From a virus (Duplodnaviria > Caudoviricetes), in IMG/VR virus record IMGVR_UViG_3300025892_000028, positions 1 through 52,751 of that record: 52,751 nucleotides of DNA; one strand, written 5' to 3'. Below, in pieces: positions 20,001 through 28,600 of this stretch. The notes under the pieces are model-generated. The model saw only the letters and a list, made by a program, of their open reading frames with translations. It was not told the origin of the DNA and searched no databases. Numbering within the stretch: position 1 is the first letter of the stretch; every line of letters begins with the position of its first letter. The translations under genes were made by a program, and so were the position numbers.

Positions 20001-21002
20001 TATATTCGCGGTAAGAATGCTGTTGCTAATGCTGTAATAGATCCTAGTGCTACTATGGTTTCGGGTGGTAATCCAGTTGGCATTGATGGAACTGTGGGTG
20101 TTGAATTTACTATGGGAATTCCTACAGTATTTGCTCCAGGACCAATCACTAGCATCAACATAACAAATCCTGGTCTTGAGTATGATGTAGCTCCTATCGT
20201 TTTATTCAAAACAGAATGTGATAATCCAGGAACTGGTGCAGAAGCTATCGCTCAAATTACTAATGGTAAAGTAACTAATGTCATTATCACAAATGGTGGT
20301 TCTGGATATACAGCAGCACCTGAATTGATTTTTGCTAAAAAGTATGAGATCATTAGACCTCATACACCATTGTTTATGAGAAATAACACAATCGTTGATA
20401 TTTCTTTGGCAAATGCATTGTTACCTGGATTTAATGTCGCAAATGAATCTGAACTAGAAGATATCATTCCTTTAGTTTCAACTCAACTTACTACTTCACG
20501 CACTAATGTACTTGAAGTTGAAAATAAAACTAACCGAGATACATCACGTCCTGGACTTTCTTATGTTCTTGAGACATTTGATAATAACAAATTCTCGTAT
20601 GAACCTCAAGAACTTAATGATCCATTGGCATCTTACCTTGGTACTGGTGTTACTATTGAAATGATTAATAGATATGCTCCTGCTCTTACAGTTGGTGACT
20701 TTACTACTCACAGAGGGGCTACACAAGGAGCGACTGAACCAAATATTATTAACATTGGACCAGAAGCATATGTGGCATATGGTCTTACATTAAATGGTAA
20801 TATCAATGATACTGTCACTACAATTACAGTTACTGGCGATGTTTCCAACTTCCCTCCAGCGGGATATTTGGAGTTTGGGGATGAGATCGTTCAATATACT
20901 TCAATTTCAGGACAAGATTTTATTGTTGTCCGAGGAGTAAATGGAACTACAGCAACATCACATACAGATACAGATTATTTGAGACTCGCTTGGCGAGGGT
21001 GA
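11031..21002 (+). CDS. gp7: Giant baseplate wedge initiator (gp7-like) with a YHYH-type domain and internal repeats (3323 aa)
   Basis: N-terminal QLPEFV...FFEEYY and IKDFYNYKGT..SI.FLFRALF; DSYYYQDFSYVIRS...HPLGFKLFG; HSPILGWAYDGNPIYGPYG; lies between gp6 and gp8. Confidence 0.8.
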   Translation: MNFNKLTISDLVDQQLPEFVVNEFPTFVKFFEEYYKSLELSGGLLDITNNFLDYKNIDNLRKYNLVTTYKLQQLISDTDESIVLDSLDGLPSENGLISIGNEIILYETVNLSSRTLLNCKRGYTATTKFDGTATTVESTVAASHRPDDTVTNLSNLVLFLILRNYEHQYLAGFPFENISSSIDKDTLLRNIKDFYNYKGTDISIEFLFRALFDEEITVKYPKDYVIKASYSDFTVDDIIKVEAIEGDPYDLIGNELKQTDASGVLTSSAVIDEILINNISNYASANKNVYECRLNVLNQQFFQIPRESILRGVLSSTDSVITVDSTIGFPQLNGIIQIDDEVITYRYKTFNQFIDCGRGVFNTVAVNHADLSDVRTTEFLFGYSDGIELESNKVSMRLLGVSSSVTVDDGGAYFEEAEKVDLSPDGDIDSRPQFTTWIKNEVGTLSSSSDVQINNNVETITTEISNIYKDDNYVYLVSSGLPVHPIGSFIGTGFRVNNQNLLKLIPLSTEKNTQTQFTGNKAVGLFINGVEAFSSQDYEDISFGNIESVEIIQKGFGFENDIQPVFRVANSTGTGATFNANIIDGKVFSVSVVDGGNGYTQNQPLEVTYGFDATATIADDTHIINGSIRTITVTNPGQDYVTTPNVEIIDSTGKGTGAYAIAEITNNQLTGIVVLNGGVDYSDKDTITVRIVSKGTGVVANAVVKKWSFDRVFKTKNSIDINGNWAPAQTIKSDTGNGYLYPSRNIAYNLQYAYPSNPKILRHSLSDNVQGVNANYDEKTSGFVHSPILGWAYDGNPIYGPYGYLTPTVPANGISRQTSSYVLKTTAEATRPNVVKYPLGSFVNDYEFIQGSGSLDVNNGRFCITPEYPDGRYCYFITVDSFGAGVYPYILGKTYHSVPAENNFNIEFNQQNEDNLPKDARRIRSSSTPSKGFDAILSVSNVERGTIDKFVVNESENVFKVLDSLYIDNNDTEGSRAFGRVESVKGENVTTVSYQVASGSTIPSTNGIPDAPWPSEISAPQYTDTKYDITVETSTPHLLSDDDIVTLALDRQAVSVTKTFKVRVSNYQTVHYTPPVVESFLVVDVAFNQTTINVDNSDDYRENDYLKVNDEILKIVSIDYNSDQITVERTQFGSPLRLHAATNKVELYIPDDQPDYRLTEGSAITSSGVSGTIYNIDKENSFIEVRVGSGTLTNSSVLTDTSSPTGRTINVSSVTNTEIYWEFDPTGTGNHYVRDLSFRLIRGTQYIFDTSDGSIFGNSLIFSEDSANINTVTGVTSVGTPGTSGSSVTITKDALLNFDVSRIYYYEQNGQILNNKTFFPVLTFPDGVKTIKVVNDNSFKFTIPIQPEETTYTNLVSYTTTSGTSIGAINTVAVVDGGEGYKKLPNISGIIHTELDAAKLSYSITGGSFDDTFSVLNPGNRYSSNTKIIVNTLTGSGAVLTPTIVGGKILSVKVTVAGKGYDENDTISIIDTGAKIFPISDSIGRIKTIRFNNSGSQFNPDRTFSKSLVFKQKVIITGITGGVYKLSENVTSSGGLSAKIEKIREIGVDIYLLDLKINSGTPKVGDTLTGSVLQVTSTIYSVTNPDIIGNISGFISKVGFFDSDLGKISASSQKITDSYYYQDFSYVIRSTKSLSDYKKYVDETTHPLGFKLFGEVSVENDVDFDDTVTGNPFSIGLADDHSANEVIITLPNVNVESDIVFKKYEISRLNTANLKAYRGIGAARLNFLDNQIEAVQMADLSADLDASTQTYTLTTQDGNFPLDTFNTSILLSLNDVFQEPFQTSTVSGISYSGGIATITTATDHNLATTSVGQTYPNQKYIHISGVTNTGNLNFNDQFEVYDVPSTTSIRVLFDNPNGYLTNNDPAVCADVQSTIESLVGILTYYLNNPSDALPTNNTGIWLDEDQSTVVSANRHRDGADLIDLNRFEIIDRANAEISLEYPDFYYPNDTQTTGYSRQKDAYRLIQQNRKELIDRGAAEIAVQYPDFVYPLDPATASDYRFKDAYRLIQQNRTEIIDNAWTTMQGGSNPADAAVETKCKRDIGLFIDYTSLDLVNGGNEYARKFALQYFDGAGNPLTNGLLGEELASVDGFTAAKDNMILAFTNQLTITDTTITADPAGAPLCANVTSAITVLAGIVNDAITAGSTAGLPTETIGADTTGEAKCKRDLGLFIDAVSLDVHTGGNVYAIKFLKKYFNAQGTSFISNGLSGEILESNTAFNKVRDLMKQAIVNQLLVKDLTITAGNASYWGNAVGTPTNVTYDANTGVSVITIANHGLSNGEDVKIRDNGLTFTCEMDGNVKEKSYPRLLDGNSNTAMSVSNVTTDTFEINVGTSPIVNFNVSDATYTPSTGDVEINIGTHSLRAGTSIKLADEALTFTCDFDNNQTQHSYPKTAILSETVTDASYDPVLGVLTVTVKNHGWENGDLIKFDDDSLVFTCGMDGNATNHPYPRSTDPFSGKWIPIYAVTGNTFRVAVGVSTNTSTHTFVSAVEDGLKKKKDKTYDTAVNIVTVTADTITINVGSSTDTSAHTFISAVPNAVISGADYQHTFIRAVTDAIVRPVVNSPVSNNSNGACADIKSNINDLVEIVTLYLTQGSLTFPNALPAQSIRVPSAGEAKCKRDLSLIVDAVIGDMRTGGNSNIRSSTEKYLDGAALLSNGLAGEINESITAFNKARDLMKLAIANQLYIQDLTILPDFLTTSGTIEASSLTNSIFTEGQFEYSNAILKLYETVAEGTVFHSTFFKFVSAGDDNRYSYKVKNILFDGVSKNYPLYKINGTNVTTEADENLLVFIDGVLQLHGESYTIDRSVNPNVIKFTDVIEKDRHFFSYTFSKYKVLNNFADKFNSSAKSFEFAFGEDNILPPDDHQMLVMLDGIPQVEGSSYTIVDNVITFTEAPTTGKRCFVLYFYGKVFDKTISIWNGEVFENLEYIGQNSPEGCQYLSKVANTGDIIKSGDKIRIDGESVKEIIRVEERALKNTDNLVYTALVYTDNSYIRGKNAVANAVIDPSATMVSGGNPVGIDGTVGVEFTMGIPTVFAPGPITSINITNPGLEYDVAPIVLFKTECDNPGTGAEAIAQITNGKVTNVIITNGGSGYTAAPELIFAKKYEIIRPHTPLFMRNNTIVDISLANALLPGFNVANESELEDIIPLVSTQLTTSRTNVLEVENKTNRDTSRPGLSYVLETFDNNKFSYEPQELNDPLASYLGTGVTIEMINRYAPALTVGDFTTHRGATQGATEPNIINIGPEAYVAYGLTLNGNINDTVTTITVTGDVSNFPPAGYLEFGDEIVQYTSISGQDFIVVRGVNGTTATSHTDTDYLRLAWRG

Positions 21003-21006
21003 TAAA

Positions 21007-21014
21007 TATAAATA
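21007..21014 (+). promoter_or_regulatory. T4-type late promoter for gp8
   Basis: Intergenic TATAAATA, with an overlapping ATAAATA at 21002. Confidence 0.78.
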
Positions 21015-21050
21015 ACACAAGGAAAACCGTAAACATTAACATTTATAGAA

Positions 21051-22622
21051 ATGCCAGCACTTATTTCTGAACAATTTAGAATTCATAATGCCCAACAGTT
21101 TGAAGAAGCATTTTCCGAGGCAGCACCCACGAACATGTATTTCTTCATGGGTAGACCCCAAGACTGGGATACCGCTGCTGTAGCTGGTGCGACTTCATAT
21201 GTCGGTCAAGCTTCAGGTAGTCAGCACAGTGGATCTTATCTCGCAGCTCCTGATGAGAACAATCCACCAACACCCATCGATAGTTTCAATTACGAAAAAG
21301 AAATTTTTGATGATATGATTTCTCTTAAGAGAATTCAATCGTCAGATGTTAGATTAGTTGTCAATAGATACAACTGGACTTCAGGAACGACATATTCAAT
21401 GTATCGTTCTAACTACAGCGCAGACTTCAAGGCAAACTCTGCCGGAGAAAATGCACCACATATTTACTCAGCAAAATATTATGTTGTAAGTGACTATAAG
21501 GTTTACAAGTGTATCTACAATGGATCATCACCTGCTAACCCTAATGGTATTGCTTCTACTGTTGCCCCTAGTGGAACTGGAACTACTATCTTCACAACTG
21601 CTGATACTTACAAGTGGAAATTTCTCTACAGCATCGGAACTGATGATGTAATTAAATTCTTCACAACTTCCTATGCCCCCGTCCCCGCTAACTGGGGCGT
21701 CGGAGCCGCTGGAGACCCCGCTAATGGTGTTGATGTTAAAGCAGCTGCTGTAGACGGTGCTATCGACACTGTAGTGATTAATACTGGTGGCACAGGATAT
21801 ACTGATAATGCTTTGACCGGATATACTAACGTCCCCATCCGTGGAGACTGGGCGCAAAACGGAGGTGTTCAAGCACTTGCGACAGTCAAAGTTAGTAGCG
21901 GTGCTGTTAGTGAAGTAACAATCACTACTCCCGGATCTGGTTATACTTATGGTTACATTAATGTAAACTCAACTGAAATCTCTGGTATCGGTGCTCCTGG
22001 AGTAACAGCAGTCCTGGAAGTTATCATTCCTCCTGCTGGTGGTCATGGATATAACATTTATAAAGAACTTGGCACTAAGCGTGTCATGGTGAACTCTAGA
22101 GTTCAATATGATGAGAACCTTGAGTTCCCTGTTGATACTGATTTCAGAAGAATTGGTGTCCTTCGCAATCCTGAAGAATCTGGCGGCGGTGTTGCTGCTG
22201 GTTCTACCTATAATGGTTTGACTGCTATCAAGTTCCCTTCTGCAACAGTTGCTTCATTCAATGTTGATGAGACTGTTACACAAACTACAACTGGTGCCTC
22301 AGGTAAAGTTGTTTCTTGGGATTCTAGCACTAAAATCCTTAAAATTTATCAGAGCAGCTATGAGCACATTGCTACTGGCAATCAGGGTGGAGATTTAACT
22401 CCTTTCTCTGGTTCAAATGCAATCACTGGAGCACTTTCTTCATCTGTTGAAACTCCAGATACTACTTATAGTTTGACTACTTCAAATCTGACTTTTGCTA
22501 ATGGTTATTCACCATCAGAAATTAAAAGATATACTGGTGACATCATTTATGTTGAGAACAGAAGAACTGTTTCTCGTTCCATTGATCAAATTGAAGATGT
22601 CAAATTGGTCGTAGAATTCTAA
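21051..22622 (+). CDS. gp8: Baseplate wedge subunit gp8
   Basis: MPALISEQFRIHNA...Y.F.GRP..W, RYNWTSGTTY.MY, YKVYKC..NG, D.YKWKFLYSI, IIPP.GGHG and C-terminal GDIIYVENR...EDVKLVVEF. Confidence 0.92.
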   Translation: MPALISEQFRIHNAQQFEEAFSEAAPTNMYFFMGRPQDWDTAAVAGATSYVGQASGSQHSGSYLAAPDENNPPTPIDSFNYEKEIFDDMISLKRIQSSDVRLVVNRYNWTSGTTYSMYRSNYSADFKANSAGENAPHIYSAKYYVVSDYKVYKCIYNGSSPANPNGIASTVAPSGTGTTIFTTADTYKWKFLYSIGTDDVIKFFTTSYAPVPANWGVGAAGDPANGVDVKAAAVDGAIDTVVINTGGTGYTDNALTGYTNVPIRGDWAQNGGVQALATVKVSSGAVSEVTITTPGSGYTYGYINVNSTEISGIGAPGVTAVLEVIIPPAGGHGYNIYKELGTKRVMVNSRVQYDENLEFPVDTDFRRIGVLRNPEESGGGVAAGSTYNGLTAIKFPSATVASFNVDETVTQTTTGASGKVVSWDSSTKILKIYQSSYEHIATGNQGGDLTPFSGSNAITGALSSSVETPDTTYSLTTSNLTFANGYSPSEIKRYTGDIIYVENRRTVSRSIDQIEDVKLVVEF

Positions 22623-22664
22623 TATATACCATATAAGATCAAAACAACATTCTAGTCTAGTAAT

Positions 22665-25600
22665 ATGCCCCAGAGTACTAATCTAAACAAAGCTCCATAC
22701 TTTGATGATTTTGATCCGAATAGTAACTTTTATAGAGTTCTTTTCAGACCTGGATACTCAATTCAATCTAGGGAGTTAACAACTCTACAATCTATTCTAC
22801 AAAGTCAAGTTGAGAGCCTTGCTAAAGCAAACTTTAGGCAGGGATCTGTTGTTGTTCCTGGGGAAGTTATTGTAGATAAACAGTATAGTTATGTGAAGGT
22901 AAGTTCCTTCACAAATAATTTACAAATTACCGATTATATCGGTAAGAAAATGACGGGTAATATCTCTGGTGTAGTTGCTACGGTATTAAATGCCACTGCT
23001 TCTACCTCTACAGATTCACCTACTTTATTTGTTAAATACGAAACTGGTGGTAATACTAATACAGCACTTACATTTAGTGAAGGTGAAACAATTACAGCAA
23101 ACACTCCAGGATCTCCAACCGCAATTGTTGGTATTACTGGAAATGTGAAACCTACTGAAAGTAGTGCCATGGGATATGGTTCTGCTGTTTCGGTTAGAGA
23201 AGGTATCTATTTCATCAATGGATCTTTGGTGAAAAATGAAAACGCAACTTTACTTCTAGATAAGTATGGTAATAGTCCTACTTATAAAGTAGGTTTTATT
23301 GTATCAGAGCAACTTATTACGCCAGAGGAAGATTTCTCTCTGCTTGATAATGCTCAGGGTTATTCTAACTATGCTGCTCCTGGAGCTCACAGACTTAAGT
23401 TATCTGTAACGTTAGTAACAAGACCTATTAACTTAGAAGCACAAAAAGATTTTGTAGAGTTACTTCAAGTAAGAAATGGAAATGTTGATGCTACTGTAGA
23501 TCTCGTTTCCCCTAATAGTCTTATTGAAGATATTCTTGCTAGAAGAACATTTGATGAGTCTGGTGATTATGTCGTCAAAGAGTTTCTATTAAACTTTAAG
23601 GAAAGTTTAGCAACTGCAGATAATAATGGTGTATACTCTGCAACTCAAGGTGGATCTGAAGATAAATTTGTAGCAGTCATTGAACCCGGAAAGGCATATA
23701 TAAAGGGTTATGAAATTGAAACTACATCAGTAAGATATGTTGAGATTGATAAAGCAAGAACAACTGAAACACAAGAAAATAATTCATTAAGTCCCGGTGA
23801 AGGATCCAACTTCACAGTAACTAATCTTTTATCATTCCCTGATGTTGAAAGTAAGTCCCAGTCATTAACTGGTACTGGATTACTTAGCACCAACGCATAT
23901 CAGGAACTGAAATTGTATGATAAGTACAATGATATTGTATTCGGTCAGTCTACTGCTAATCTAGATGGCACTGCACCAGAAGCAGAAAATTTCTGGATGG
24001 TTACAATCGAGACTTTATCTGCTACAGATCAAGTTGCATTAAATACTAACTATAGCAATGGCGCTCTTTCAGGTCAAGTCAGATATTATCAATTAAATGC
24101 ATCTTTAACCGAAGCAGTTGCTATTCTTACGAAAGCATCGTCAGTTGGATTTGATATTGGTGATAATATCACCATGGGTGCTGTTTCAGGAACATTGAAA
24201 ACAGCAGAAAGACTTACGACACCTTATATTGGTGTTGGTAAGACTAAATCAGTTAAATTTCTTACAGGAACTTCAGCAGCAGGAGTCTATAATAAAACAT
24301 CACTTTACAAACTTGGTTTGTTTGGTGTAGAATATTTTACTAAAATTTTATGTCGTAATCCACTGAATTTCTCAGTGGGTAAATTTATTACCGGACAGTC
24401 AAGTGGTGCCAGAGGTATTGTAGAGCAATTACTCACTGATACAAATGAATTAATTCTATCCAGAGTTTCCGGTAATTTTACTGATGCAGAAACTTTACTT
24501 TCAGAACAGGATGGAACTACAACACCATATAATTTTGTAGAACCAAAAGGTTCTTTAGCGTCACTTAAAGTAGCATCTTTTGGTGCAACATATGCAGCAA
24601 ATACAGACATCACTGCAATCAATGTTAATGGTGTAAATAAACTTACTGAAATTGGTGCTTCAAATATTACTATTTTAAGTAATGAAATTAGATCTATTGC
24701 GATCACAGATGCTGCGAGAGCAGCACTAGGAACATTTACAACTGCTCCCACTATAGAAATTGTTGATCCAACTGGTAGTGGATGTGTTGTTGTTGCAGAT
24801 TTAAATGATAGCACTATTGTAAATTATGATTCATCTTTTGTGAAGAGTTTCTTTAATGCTACGACAGGAAATAATTTTGCCGGTGATATTTACAGTAATG
24901 ACTTGTCTTTCTATATTGATAATGGAGCTACATTCAGTGGCACTGAAGGAGACTATTTTATTACTGCAGATAATCTTGGTTCCAGACCAGATGTAGATCT
25001 AGTAAAAGGAGATGTTATTGCTGTTGTTGATAATGCTGGTGTTACCAGAAAATACTTGACAAAATATTCAGTGCCTGATGGTAGTTCAGGTTCTGCTAAA
25101 ATCTTTATCTATGGCGCTGTTCTTTCAGCATTCGCAACTAAGAAAATTTCTAGAATTCGTTCAAAACTTTCTGGTGCTGAATCAAATACTTTATTATATC
25201 CACTGCCAAATAAGCATGTAAAAACAATGGTGTTGGACGCCAATAACACCAACATTGATTATACAGTACAACAAGAATTCTTAGGAAATCTTGATAATAG
25301 TGGTTCTATTAGTATTAGTGTGGGAACAAACGAACAGTTCCTAGGATATACATCAGAAAATTACGTGATGTCAAACCCAAATACGGGTGAATTACTTGAT
25401 CTCAGTAATAATGATCCCAGTAACCCTACAGTATCTTTGGGCAATAGTGCTCAGAGTATCACACTTGATCTTGGTGCCACATTTGCTGACATTCCATTCA
25501 AGTTAATTGCTCCTATAAGAAAGGCAGATACTTCTCCCAAGACTAAAATTCTCGTTGAAAATCAAGAATACAATGTATCTACAGGATTTTCAGATCCATC

Positions 25601-28600
25601 AATTCCCATTCAATATGCTGATGGATTGAAATTAAAAGCAATTTATATGTCTGCTACTGCTGCAGATGCTACTAATAACGATGTTCAAGTCACTGATCGC
25701 TTCAATTTCGATGGCGGTCAAAGAGATACGCATTATGATCTTGCTCGTATTACACTAAAACCAGGAGCAATTGCACCTACCAGTAAACTTCTTGTGGTAT
25801 TTGATTACTTCAAACATATTGGTGGTGTTAATACTGGTGATTATTTTACAGTAGACTCATACACTAATATTACTTACAGTGATATTCCATATTACAATTC
25901 AAGTGTTTATGGAAGAATTTCACTTAGAGACACAGTTGATTTTAGACCTAGAGTTTCTGACTATGATGGTCTAGACACAGCTACGGTTCTTCCTGGATAT
26001 AGTGATAAAGTAACTGTAAATGCTCTTAAGTTTACTGGAACCGGATCTTCACCATCCACACTTCCTATTTCAGGAACATCTTTTGATTCTGGATATGAAT
26101 TCTATCTGAATAGAATTGATTCTGTTTATATTAGTAAGAGTGGTGGTTTTGTTGTTTCAAAAGGAACTCCGGCACTAAACCCACAGACACCTCAAGAAAT
26201 TTCTGATGGTATTCTTTTATACCACTTAAACATCCCTGCCTATACCTACAGTCTTTCTGACATCACTTCTAAAAGTTTCGATAACCGTCGCTATACGATG
26301 CGTGATATCGGTAAACTTGAGAAGAGAGTTGAGAAACTTGAATACTATACAGTATTAAGTCTCCTGGAACAGGATACATTCAACACTCAAGTCAGAGATG
26401 AGTTTGGTAATGACAGATTTAAGAATGGTATTCTTGTAGATAACTTTGAAGGTCATGGAATTGGCAATACAGCATCAACAGATTACAAATGTGCTGTTGA
26501 CACTCAACTAGGAATTTTAAGACCTAGTTATGCTGCCTCTCAAACAAGTCTTATTGAAAAGGATTTAAATGACGCTCAAAGGACTGCTAGTGGGTATGTA
26601 AGAAAAGGTGAGCTTATTATGCTACCTTATACTGAGATAACAACAGTAGAAAATTTAGCTGCCACTAAAACTATTACAGTCAATCCAAATAAATCAGCAA
26701 AGTTTGCTGGTGTGATGACATTAGAACCCAATATCGATGAGTGGAAAGATACTTATACGGCACCTGAGTTAATTGTAAATGAGAACTCAGTTTTTGATAA
26801 TATCAAAAATAACAATTCCGAATTGTGGGGAAGTCTTTGGAATGAGTGGCAGATCTCATGGACTGGAACGCCAACATATGTTCTGAATAACTCTACTAAC
26901 TTTACTGGTTCTTCTAATCAATTTGCTTCTGTACCTGATGTTGCTATCGCTAGTAAGACTAGAACGAGATCCAGAAATGGTACATTAAATAGAGTTTCAC
27001 CTTATGGATCTGCTGCATTAGACAGAGGTCAAAGATCTTTAGCAACTCCTTACAATCCTTATATCAGAACTAAGAAAGTTCAATTTGTTGTTAGCGGTTT
27101 AGAACCAAATACTAAGTTGTATGCTTTCTTTGATGGCATCTCAGTTTCTTCATGGGTAAATCCAGATGATGTGACTAACATCACAACACCATTTACTGGC
27201 ATTGCTGGATATGCTGAAAAAGGTTTCGGTGAAGATATCGTTACTGATGATAATGGAAGCATCAGTGGTATTTTCTTAGTTCCTAATGGATATGCTCCAA
27301 CCAAAACTAAGAAGACAATTGATTTACAAACTTCTCCTGGAACATTCTACGATAACACAAGTTCTAAGAAATCATTTGTTGTTGGTAGTAAATCATTTAG
27401 ATTAACTTCAAGTGCTACAAATAGTGGTTCCAATGCAGATGTTGCTACTTTTGCAGAAACATCATATAATGTAACTGGATTACCTGAAACATTCACAACT
27501 TCTATCCAATCAACTAGAGTACCTTATATCAGCAGAAGGTCAACTTCAAATTCTGATACAGTTCAGTATGTTGGTAGTTCACTAGTTAATATCAATCAGT
27601 CTGGATTACTAGATCCTCTTGCTCAGACATTTAAAGTTTCTGCTTTTGAAGAAGGATTATTCCTTTCTAGTATTGATCTTTACTTTGGCAATAAAGCGAC
27701 TCCAACTGGAGAAGACACTAATAGACCAGTGAGTGTATACCTAACAGAAACCAATGGCGGTGTTCCTACGAGAACAGTTTTACCATTTAGTGAATGCACT
27801 ATGGATTCTGACACTAGACTTAGAATTAAAATGAGTGTTGATGTTCCTTCTGGTGTTACACTGCTTGCTGGAGAAACAATTACTGGAAAAACTTCTGGTG
27901 CCGTAGGAACAATTAAAACTAATTTAACTACCACAACAGCAAATGCTAGATATAACTTAATTCTTTCAAACCATAATGGAATCGAATTCCTTGCTGGTGA
28001 AGAATTTACTGTCAATAGATCTCCTGCTATCACTATCACTACATTTAATGTAGATGATGATTCTGGTGTAGTTGAAAAAATTAAAGTTACTAGTTTTGGT
28101 TCTCAATACGATGATTCGACTACAACAGTCAATATCACTGGCGATATCGGCGGATCATTCGGTTCTTCTGCTAGTGCGTCAGCTAAAATTTACAATGGCA
28201 AAGTTTATGAGGTTAATCTAACTAATAAAGGATCTGGTTATTACACTGCACCTACAGTAATTATTAATGGTGGTGACAGTTTAGCATCTGCTACAGCGGT
28301 ATTTAAAGTGACAAATCCAGCTGTTAAAATGGGAATTTCATCTTCAACTGATGCTTCTAATAAAACTAAGTTTAATTTTAGGTCACCTGTTTATCTGCAA
28401 AATGATGCAGTGTATGCTTTAGTCGTAACTACCTCATCTAAAGATTATACTTTATACAGTTCGGTAGTAGGTGATACGCTTTTAAATAGTGGTATCGCTG
28501 CAGCAGCTCAACCAAATGTAGGATCGCTGTATAAGTCACAGAATTCTTCAGCGTGGGTTGAAGATAAATTACAAGATCTTAAGTTTGTTGCTAACAGATG